Source: Oscillospiraceae bacterium (GTDB lineage Bacteria > Bacillota > Clostridia > Oscillospirales > Ruminococcaceae). Taken from it: a stretch of 45,655 bases of DNA. Within the stretch, counting starts at the first letter, position 1. Each line of letters starts with the position of its first letter. Positions 17,762 to 24,326 of the stretch are shown one piece after another. The DNA lies in contig JAFLUE010000001.1 of NCBI GenBank assembly GCA_022508945.1, positions 2,861 to 48,515 on the forward strand, given 5' to 3'. Position numbers and translations under genes: made by a program. Under the pieces are notes generated by a model, which saw nothing but the letters and a program-made list of their open reading frames with translations, had not been told where the DNA came from and searched no databases.

Positions 17762-17826
17762 GCGTACATAACAGGTTGTGCGTAAACAGTCAACAGGGAC
17801 TGCTCGTTTGGGCGGTCCCTGTTTTT
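17762..17826 (+). terminator. Intrinsic terminator overlapped by an alternative antiterminator hairpin (copy 1)
   Basis: AACAGGGACTGCTC-GTTT-GGGCGGTCCCTGTT-TTT; overlapping CAGTC-AACAGG-GACTG. Confidence 0.7.
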
Positions 17827-17843
17827 GCTTGTTGAGGTGTGAA

Positions 17844-19502
17844 ATGAACAAAAAGCTGATTCAAAAAATTTTTTTGCAGATAAAAAGGAAACCCTCTGAC
17901 ATAACGGCGTATGAGGACCTGTTCTCTTTATGCCGCAATATTGAGCAGGAGGATTTCAAGCTCGCGCACGAAACGAACGAGAAGCTGAGGAAAAGCGTTT
18001 CTAAGGCGATAAAAAAACGAAAGAATGTTGAGGGATTCTTTGAGCTGTACAAACGTACACTGTTATTTGACGCGCCTCATTTTTTCGACAGCTATCTGCT
18101 CTATCTCGAAATCAACCGCAAGCCGAGTGAGAGGTTTTATCAGCCGCGCCGCAAGGTGTTGAAGCCGCTTGTTGACGCTTTGCAAGCGCTTGCAAATGAT
18201 GAGCTGGACGAGCTGTTTTTATCGCTTCCGCCCCGTGTGGGAAAAACCTCAATGCTGATGTTTTTCGTTACTTGGCTTATCGGCAGGAACAGCGAAGCGT
18301 CAAATTTATATTCCGCATATTCCGATACGATCACAAAGGCTTTTTACAACGGTGTGCTTGAAATAATCAACGATCCTGTAACCTATCTTTGGAGTGATGT
18401 ATTCCCCAAAGCAAAGATCGTTCAGACAAACGCGCAGGAAGAAACGCTGAATGTTGACAGGCGAAAGCGCTATCCGTCGCTTACTTGTCGTTCTCTTTAC
18501 GGAACACTTAACGGTGCTTGTGACTGCAACGGCTTTTTGATTTCCGACGACCTTATCGGAGGCATTGAAGAAGCACTGAATAAAGATCGATTGATTTCCG
18601 CTTGGAGCAAGGTGGACAACAACCTGCTTACCCGTGCAAAAGAGAAAGCGAAAATACTCTGGTGCGGTACACGTTGGTCTATGATCGATCCCGCGGGGGT
18701 GCGTATGGAACTGCTTGAAAATGATGAACGTTTCGCGGGCAGAAGATATAAGATAATCGATCTTCCCGCGCTCGATGAAAATGACGAGAGCAATTTCGAC
18801 TATGATTATGGAGTTGGCTTTAATACGGAGTACTACCATCAGCGCAGGGCATCGTTTGAACGCAACAACGATATGGCTTCATGGGACGCTCAGTATATGC
18901 AATCGCCTATCGAGCGCGACGGGGCGCTTTTTTCTCCAAGCGACTTCCGCTATTATAACGGCGTTCTGCCCGAGGGCGAGCCGGACAGGATATTTATGGC
19001 GGTAGATCCTGCTTTCGGCGGCGGCGACTATGTGGCAAGCCCTATATGCTTTCAATACGGTGAGGATATATATGTTCATGATGTTGTGTACGACAACGGT
19101 GATAAGAAGATAACACAGCCGCTGCTCGCAAAAGCCGTCGTTACCTACAATGTCGCGGCTATGCAGATAGAAGCAAACAAGTCCACAGAAGCTTACAAGG
19201 ACGGCGTTCAGGAGGAGCTTAAGAAGGCAGACAGGCGAATAAACCTCACAACAAAAGCGGCTCCCTCGGACAAGGCTAAATTCCAGCGCATTTTCGACAA
19301 AGCCCCCGACATACGCGAAATGATGATTTTCAGGGAGTCGGGAAAGCGGAGCAAGCCGTACAGCCTGTTTATGCAGAACGTGTTCTCCTACAAGATGTTC
19401 GCGAAGAACAAGAACGATGACGCTCCCGACAGTTTGTCAATGGCGATAGATATGGTGCGGCATCCCGGCGGGAAAGCGGAGGTGTTCAAGAGAATGTTTT
19501 GA
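17844..19502 (+). CDS. Terminase large subunit
   Basis: Walker A 'LPPRVGKT', Walker B 'LISDDLI', 'GTRW', 'AQYMQSP', nuclease 'AVDPA' and 'NDDAPDS'. Confidence 0.93.
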   Translation: MNKKLIQKIFLQIKRKPSDITAYEDLFSLCRNIEQEDFKLAHETNEKLRKSVSKAIKKRKNVEGFFELYKRTLLFDAPHFFDSYLLYLEINRKPSERFYQPRRKVLKPLVDALQALANDELDELFLSLPPRVGKTSMLMFFVTWLIGRNSEASNLYSAYSDTITKAFYNGVLEIINDPVTYLWSDVFPKAKIVQTNAQEETLNVDRRKRYPSLTCRSLYGTLNGACDCNGFLISDDLIGGIEEALNKDRLISAWSKVDNNLLTRAKEKAKILWCGTRWSMIDPAGVRMELLENDERFAGRRYKIIDLPALDENDESNFDYDYGVGFNTEYYHQRRASFERNNDMASWDAQYMQSPIERDGALFSPSDFRYYNGVLPEGEPDRIFMAVDPAFGGGDYVASPICFQYGEDIYVHDVVYDNGDKKITQPLLAKAVVTYNVAAMQIEANKSTEAYKDGVQEELKKADRRINLTTKAAPSDKAKFQRIFDKAPDIREMMIFRESGKRSKPYSLFMQNVFSYKMFAKNKNDDAPDSLSMAIDMVRHPGGKAEVFKRMF

Positions 19503-19607
19503 CATGAATAAAGCACATTGCTTTTATGCAGGGTGCTATTTTTCGTAAAATTCTAAGTGTTCAAACGAACATTTTTAAATTTTCGTTTTTTTAAACATTT
19601 GAACACC

Positions 19608-19636
19608 TTGACAACCTGATAAATTAAGGTTACAAT
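19608..19636 (+). promoter_or_regulatory. Sigma70-type promoter of the DUF4417-toxin cassette
   Basis: TTGACA-17-TACAAT; inverted repeat GTGTTCAAA(19557)...TTTGAACAC(19606) immediately upstream. Confidence 0.7.
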
Positions 19637-19677
19637 AAAAGCAGGATATATGTACAAAGCCAAAGGGGAGCAGGCAA

Positions 19678-20352
19678 ATGGACGGAGCGTTGTATAAGCA
19701 AACGCGTTTCTGGGAGAATTGCGAAAAGCGCATATTCGACGGTGTAAGAGGGTATGGGATACCGCAAATAAAGGGCGTCCGAGCTGTCGGCGAGATCGAT
19801 GATTTCATCGGCTGGAATTATGCAAGATCGTGCAAAGAACCCGAAAACAAGGCTGTGCATTTCTTTGTTGACGATTATCAATTCGTCAGATTATGGACAC
19901 AGCCGGATACGTATTTGTCTATGCTGTCGAAGTTCAAATATGTATTAGCTCCCGACTTCTCGACTTACACAGACTTTCCGAAAGCGCTTCAAATATACAA
20001 TCATTACCGCAAACACTGGCTCGGCGCATATTTTCAGGAAAACGGTATTAATATCGTTCCGACGGTATCGTGGGCGGACGAGGACAGCTTTGAATGGTGT
20101 TTCGACGGCGAGCCGTGCAACAGCGTGGTTGCGATATCGTCCGTAGGATGTATGAAAGACGCGCGATCAAAGCGATTGTTTTTAAACGGATATAACGAGA
20201 TGATTGAGCGTTTACAGCCGAGCGAGATCATATTTTACGGCGCGGTGCCGAACGAATGCACGGGGAACATTATTCGGATTAAACCGTTTCAGGAGAAGTG
20301 GAGAAAGGCGGTTTGTGATGGGCGGAAGAGGAGCGTCGAGCGGGTTTTCTGA
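19678..20352 (+). CDS. DUF4417 domain protein
   Basis: 'VHFFVDDYQF.RLW..P..Y...L..F...LAPDFSTY.DFP.ALQIYNHYR..W.GAY.Q..GI..VPTVSW...CFDG' signature. Confidence 0.85.
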   Translation: MDGALYKQTRFWENCEKRIFDGVRGYGIPQIKGVRAVGEIDDFIGWNYARSCKEPENKAVHFFVDDYQFVRLWTQPDTYLSMLSKFKYVLAPDFSTYTDFPKALQIYNHYRKHWLGAYFQENGINIVPTVSWADEDSFEWCFDGEPCNSVVAISSVGCMKDARSKRLFLNGYNEMIERLQPSEIIFYGAVPNECTGNIIRIKPFQEKWRKAVCDGRKRSVERVF

Positions 20353-20713
20353 CAAAGGCAAGCGATATGGAACAGAATATCACGCTGTTTATCAATCTGG
20401 AAATATAAAATTTGTTGTATTTAACGAAGGCGCAAATACAGCTCCTATGGAAACTATGACAAAAGGGCGTGTTTATGTTACGGTCGATAAATCCACCGAT
20501 GAGCTTAAATACATCAGTTACTATGATAAACATAATAAGCGGTACAAGCAAATTGATTTGCAGCATTTTCATATCGTCGACGGAGTAAAAGAAAAGCCAC
20601 ACGTTCACAAAGGCTATTTTCACAACGAAAAAGGTGATTATCGTCTTTCGCCAAAAGAACAAAAAATGGTTGAAAAAATAAAAAAAACGTGGTATAATAG
20701 ACATAGCAAGTAG
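20318..20713 (+). CDS. MGGRG-start small protein, putative His-dependent RNase toxin (polymorphic toxin Ntox24-like)
   Basis: ATG 20318 overlaps the DUF4417 3' end; 131 aa; 'ISYYD...KQIDLQHFH...PHVHKG' resembles polymorphic-toxin RNase motifs (from recall, not searched). Confidence 0.6.
   Translation: MGGRGASSGFSDKGKRYGTEYHAVYQSGNIKFVVFNEGANTAPMETMTKGRVYVTVDKSTDELKYISYYDKHNKRYKQIDLQHFHIVDGVKEKPHVHKGYFHNEKGDYRLSPKEQKMVEKIKKTWYNRHSK
20670..20698 (+). promoter_or_regulatory. Promoter of tRNA-like RNA 1, embedded in the toxin 3' end
   Basis: TTGAAA-17-TATAAT with extended TG (codons for W-Y-N). Confidence 0.75.
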
Positions 20714-20773
20714 TAGCTTACTAAGGAGAGCGCCGCATTAGCGGAGGACACGATGCAAATTCGTGCGCTTGCT
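20705..20773 (+). ncRNA. tRNA-like RNA 1 (no anticodon loop, no CCA)
   Basis: Acceptor AGCAAGT/GCTTGCT, TA, D-stem GCTT/GAGC with loop ACTAAGGA, CCGC-ATTA-GCGG, variable AGGA, T-stem CACGA/TCGTG with loop TGCAAAT. Confidence 0.8.
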
Positions 20774-20775
20774 GA

Positions 20776-20806
20776 GGGATATACCACAAAGGTATGTCCC
20801 TTTTTT
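20776..20806 (+). terminator. Intrinsic terminator of RNA 1
   Basis: GGGATATACC-ACAAA-GGTATGTCCC-TTTTTT. Confidence 0.85.
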
Positions 20807-20875
20807 ATACCCGATAAACATATATTTGACGTCTAAGAAACCGAAAGCGGCGATATTAGTAAAGAACAAAAGAGA

Positions 20876-20904
20876 TTGACAAAATAAAAAAGATATGGTA
20901 TAAT
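20876..20904 (+). promoter_or_regulatory. Consensus promoter of tRNA-like RNA 2
   Basis: TTGACA-17-TATAAT with extended TG. Confidence 0.85.
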
Positions 20905-20907
20905 ATC

Positions 20908-20978
20908 TTTGCGATAGTAGTTTAAGAAGGAGAACGCCGCGAAAGCGGAGGGTCCGGTGCAAATCCGGATGTCGCAAA
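20908..20978 (+). ncRNA. tRNA-like RNA 2 (GAAA tetraloop in place of anticodon loop, no CCA)
   Basis: Acceptor TTTGCGAT/GTCGCAAA, D-stem GTTT/GAAC with loop AAGAAGGA, CCGC-GAAA-GCGG, variable AGGG, T-stem TCCGG/CCGGA with loop TGCAAAT; compensatory changes relative to RNA 1. Confidence 0.8.
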
Positions 20979-21005
20979 GGACATACCATTACGGTATGTC
21001 CTTTT
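20979..21005 (+). terminator. Intrinsic terminator of RNA 2
   Basis: GGACATACC-ATTAC-GGTATGTCC-TTTT. Confidence 0.8.
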
Positions 21006-21033
21006 GTATTTTACTAAGACGGGAGGTGCTGAA

Positions 21034-22509
21034 ATGTCGGAACGGGCAATGTACGGAAGACAGGTTATTTACTCGGACGAAGATGAGATAACCGCCGATA
21101 ATGTGCTTAAAGTTCTTGAGCGGGCGATGGCTGTTCATGCAAACAACCGTGCCGACATTCAGTACCTCTACGACTACTACAAAGGAAAACAGCCTATTCT
21201 CAACAGAACCAAGGAATATCGTCCCGAGATATGCAACAGGATCGTTGAGAACAGAGCGAATGAGATCGTGTCGTTTAAGGTCGGTTATCTTATGGGCGAG
21301 CCTGTTCAGTATGTAAGCCGCGGAAACGGTGACGACAGTATTTCGGACGCGATAAATGCCCTCAACGAGTTCGTTTTCGCGGAGGATAAAGCGTCTAAAG
21401 ACAAGGAGCTTGCGGATTGGTTTACGATTTGCGGAACGGCTTACCGTATGATACTTCCCGACAAGACAGGCGAAGAGGACGAGGCTCCCTTTGAGATTTA
21501 TACGCTTGACCCGCGCAACGCGTTTATGGTGTATCACAGCGGTCTTGGCAATAAGCCGCTTATGGGCGTGAAATATGTCACTCGCGAGGACGGCGGCGTT
21601 GTCTATTCGATTTACACAGCCAACCGATATTTCGAGGTCGTGCAGTCGGGTACTCTCAATAATGACGGGGTTTATAGTCCGAGGGCTATTACTAAGAACG
21701 AGGGACTCGTTCTCGGCGGTATCCCGATTATAGAATACCCCGCAAATTCCGCGCGGTTGGGAGCATTTGAGATCGTGCTTCCTTTGCTTGACGCAATAAA
21801 CAATGTTTCCTCTAACCGTATGGACGGTGTGGAGCAGTTTATTCAATCGCTGCTTATTTTGAAGGGCGTTGACATTGACTCCGAGGAATATAAGGCTCTC
21901 AGAGAAAACGGGGGGCTGAAAGTTCCTGCGGATGGAGATGCTTCGTATCTTACGCAGGAGCTTAACCAGACTCAGACACAGACGCTTGTGGACTATATGT
22001 ATCAGACCGTGCTTACGATATGCGGTATGCCGAACAGAAACGGCGGCAGTTCTACAAGCGACACAGGCTCTGCGGTAATAATGCGCGATGGTTGGTCGGC
22101 GGCAGAAGCGCGGGCGAAAGACACCGAGCTTATGTTCAAGATGTCCGAGAAGAAATTTCTCCGTCTGGCTATTCAGATCGCCAATACGCTGAGGAATATG
22201 GAGCTGAAGCTATCCTCTATCGAGATACGCTTTACCCGCCGCAATTATGAGAATATCCAGGAGAAAGCGCAGGTGCTTACGACAATGCTCGCGAATGACA
22301 AGATACACCCGCGTTTAGCGTTTGAACACTGCGGAATGTTCGTAGATCCCGAGCTTGCGTATACCGTGAGCAAAGAATACGCCGAGGAACGTAAGGCCGA
22401 GGCACAAAAGGAACTCGAAGCGTTCGCCCAAGCCGAAACCGCCAAAGCGAAAGCCGATGCGGAGGAGAGCAAGGACGACAGTAAAGAGGAAATAGCGGAG
22501 GGCGCGTAA
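21034..22509 (+). CDS. Portal protein (SPP1 gp6-like)
   Basis: 'YDYYKGKQ...NRIVENRANEIV.FKVGYLMGEPVQY...IPIIEYPAN...GAFE.V..LLDA.N'; position after terL; RBS GGAGGTG. Confidence 0.92.
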   Translation: MSERAMYGRQVIYSDEDEITADNVLKVLERAMAVHANNRADIQYLYDYYKGKQPILNRTKEYRPEICNRIVENRANEIVSFKVGYLMGEPVQYVSRGNGDDSISDAINALNEFVFAEDKASKDKELADWFTICGTAYRMILPDKTGEEDEAPFEIYTLDPRNAFMVYHSGLGNKPLMGVKYVTREDGGVVYSIYTANRYFEVVQSGTLNNDGVYSPRAITKNEGLVLGGIPIIEYPANSARLGAFEIVLPLLDAINNVSSNRMDGVEQFIQSLLILKGVDIDSEEYKALRENGGLKVPADGDASYLTQELNQTQTQTLVDYMYQTVLTICGMPNRNGGSSTSDTGSAVIMRDGWSAAEARAKDTELMFKMSEKKFLRLAIQIANTLRNMELKLSSIEIRFTRRNYENIQEKAQVLTTMLANDKIHPRLAFEHCGMFVDPELAYTVSKEYAEERKAEAQKELEAFAQAETAKAKADAEESKDDSKEEIAEGA

Positions 22510-23112
22510 ATGCCTGTTTATGACTATGATTATACAGACAAAATTATCGCCTATCTTGACAAACAGCTTATTGACAGATATGCAAAGCTGAAAGGCTTAG
22601 TGTCTTTTGACGAGCTGAATGTTATGCAGTCAGTAAGTGTGCTGTATCAGGAACTCAGCATACTTGTACGAAAGATGTTTTTGCAATTGGCAGAGCATAC
22701 ATACAATGCCGCAGTTAAGCGGAAAAGCTTCGGGAGTATTGACGAGGAATGGGTCGACAGACTGCTTAACGCATACGACCCGACAAGCAAGTATATATTT
22801 ACTCATGAGGAGGACAGAAAACGCGCAAGGCTTGTCGAAGCTCTTATTGCAAGTACTACCAAAACGAAAGAGATAGACGCCGCTATGCGTTCTATGTCGC
22901 TTATGTGGAGGGCGTATGCTATAAAAGTGACCGATGAAGCTGTACTGCAAGCGTATGAGGATGAAGAAGAGGACAATGTTCGGTGGATAGCCGAAGATGA
23001 CGAAAAAACCTGTTCGGTATGCCTGTCAAGGCACGGAAAGGTATACGCTATAAGCAAATTGCCGCCTAAACCGCATATAAATTGCAGATGCCGATTTGAA
23101 AGGATAAAATAA
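22510..23112 (+). CDS. Minor head protein, MuF/SPP1 gp7-like (short form, no toxin extension)
   Basis: C-terminal 'RWIAEDDEKTCSVC...HGKVY...PPKPHINCRC'. Confidence 0.85.
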   Translation: MPVYDYDYTDKIIAYLDKQLIDRYAKLKGLVSFDELNVMQSVSVLYQELSILVRKMFLQLAEHTYNAAVKRKSFGSIDEEWVDRLLNAYDPTSKYIFTHEEDRKRARLVEALIASTTKTKEIDAAMRSMSLMWRAYAIKVTDEAVLQAYEDEEEDNVRWIAEDDEKTCSVCLSRHGKVYAISKLPPKPHINCRCRFERIK

Positions 23113-23264
23113 TGGACAGCAAAGATTTATTCAGCCGCGAGGTTGTTGATCTGATAATGAAAATACTAAAACGGGGCGATACGGTTGAGCTAAAGAAGGA
23201 AAACAACAAGCTCGTAATTGTGGAGATACAGCGAAAAGTGAAAAATAAGAGCTTGCTCTCATAG
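23112..23264 (+). CDS. Small basic protein (50 aa), candidate antiterminator
   Basis: Not in the ORF track; MDSKDLFSREVVDLIMKILKRGDTVELKKENNKLVIVEIQRKVKNKSLLS; coupled to the MuF stop (TAATG). Confidence 0.65.
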   Translation: MDSKDLFSREVVDLIMKILKRGDTVELKKENNKLVIVEIQRKVKNKSLLS

Positions 23265-23410
23265 GATATGTGCGCGGATTTTCGAGCAAATTTAGTCGAG
23301 GATAAGGCGAAAATCCGCAGTAATACTGTATGTATTTCAAGGATTTTCAACGCAGTCATCGGCTAAATTTGCCGAAAAGACGCGTGCATATTCCTGTGAG
23401 AACAAGCTTT
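23248..23410. mobile_element. Palindromic MITE/REP-like insertion (about 163 bp)
   Basis: Long imperfect terminal inverted arms AGCTTGCTCTCATAGGATATGTGCGCG...GCAAATTTAGTCGA / TCGGCTAAATTTGC...CGCGTGCATATTCCTGTGAGAACAAGCT; TA at both ends. Confidence 0.7.
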
Positions 23411-23414
23411 ATGA

Positions 23415-23487
23415 CCTCTATAATCGGGTAGAGGGAAACAGCCAACAGGGGCTATGAGCGTTATATAACGCTTGTAGCCCCTTTTTT
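23415..23487 (+). terminator. Intrinsic terminator overlapped by an alternative antiterminator hairpin (copy 2)
   Basis: AGGGGCTATGAGCGTTA-TA-TAACGCTTGTAGCCCCT-TTTTT; overlapping AGCC-AACAGG-GGCT. Confidence 0.7.
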
Positions 23488-23626
23488 ATTTTTAGGATTT
23501 GAGCGGTAACGGACTGCTTAATATATCACGCAGAGAAGCGGAAAATCACAAAACAGAGAGAACTGTATAAACACAAAAAATCAAGTGCGGAGAAGCACTA
23601 TAAAAGCGCAGAAAGGAAAGATTTGT

Positions 23627-24205
23627 ATGGCAAAAATTGACGTATCTACAATCGAAGGTTATGAGAAAATGACCGCAGAGCAGAAAGTAGCGGCATTGGA
23701 AGCTTTTGAAACTCCCGCGCCCGACTATTCGGGGTATGTAAAGAAGGACGTCTTTGACAAGACCGCTTCCGATCTCGCCGAGTGGAAGAAAAAGCATAAC
23801 GCCCTGCTTTCCGAAGAGGAGAGAAACAAACAGGCAAACGAGGAGGAGCTGAACAACCTTCGCAAAAAGGTTGAGGAAATGGAGAAGGATAAGCTCGTTT
23901 CCGGGCATAAGGCTCAGTTCCTTGCTCTCGGATATGATGAAGCGCTTGCCGATGAGACCGCGAAGGCTATGGCGAACGGCGATACGGCTACGGTTTTTGC
24001 CAATCAGAAGAAATTCCTCGAAAGTCACGATAAGGCTTATAAAGCACAGCTTATGGGGCAGACCCCGACTCCCCCTGCGGGAAGTCCCGCAAATGGCGGT
24101 ACGGACTATAAAAAGCTGATCGAGGACGCTCGGGCGCGAGGGGATGTAAGCGCAGAAGCCTATTATATCCGTCTTAACGAGCAGGAAAAACATACAGACT
24201 GCTGA
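23627..24205 (+). CDS. Capsid scaffolding protein (DUF4355-like)
   Basis: Coiled-coil, charged, Pro-rich C-terminal linker; immediately upstream of the major capsid gene. Confidence 0.8.
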   Translation: MAKIDVSTIEGYEKMTAEQKVAALEAFETPAPDYSGYVKKDVFDKTASDLAEWKKKHNALLSEEERNKQANEEELNNLRKKVEEMEKDKLVSGHKAQFLALGYDEALADETAKAMANGDTATVFANQKKFLESHDKAYKAQLMGQTPTPPAGSPANGGTDYKKLIEDARARGDVSAEAYYIRLNEQEKHTDC

Positions 24206-24298
24206 TAAGCCCCCATCTACTGCATCAGCCGCACCACGGCAACCAAATGGTTAGCCGTGGCACGCCTTCCTTGTATTTGGGGACTTCTCAACAGTCTG
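24195..24298. mobile_element. Small palindromic MITE-like element (104 bp)
   Basis: Terminal inverted repeats CAGACTGCTGATAAGCCCCCA / TGGGGACTTCTCAACAGTCTG; internal CCACGGC-AACCA..TGGTTA-GCCGTGG hairpin. Confidence 0.65.
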
Positions 24299-24326
24299 AA
24301 ATCTTAAATTGCAAAGGAGATAAATT

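Noticed and set aside
19557-19572. LexA/SOS box upstream of the DUF4417 promoter
   Set aside because: The sequence is GTTC-N4-GAAC, the reverse order of the Firmicutes GAAC-N4-GTTC box
20204-20317. N-terminal extension of the toxin ORF given in the ORF track (169 aa)
   Set aside because: It overlaps DUF4417 coding sequence; the ATG at 20318 has an RBS-like AAGGCGGT and gives the MGGRG start
20705-20978. Calling the two cloverleaves functional tRNA genes
   Set aside because: The anticodon arm is only 4 bp with a 4-nt loop, the T-loop is TGCAAAT and no CCA is encoded, so they cannot decode
20690-21005. Mini CRISPR array
   Set aside because: Only two diverged units, each with its own promoter and terminator; no repeat-spacer periodicity and no cas operon
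20738-21846. Minus-strand ORFs 20738-20989 and 20989-21846 as an immunity protein
   Set aside because: They are antisense to the RNA units and the portal, with no RBS or recognisable motif; treated as shadow ORFs, as are most other overlapping minus-strand ORFs in the track
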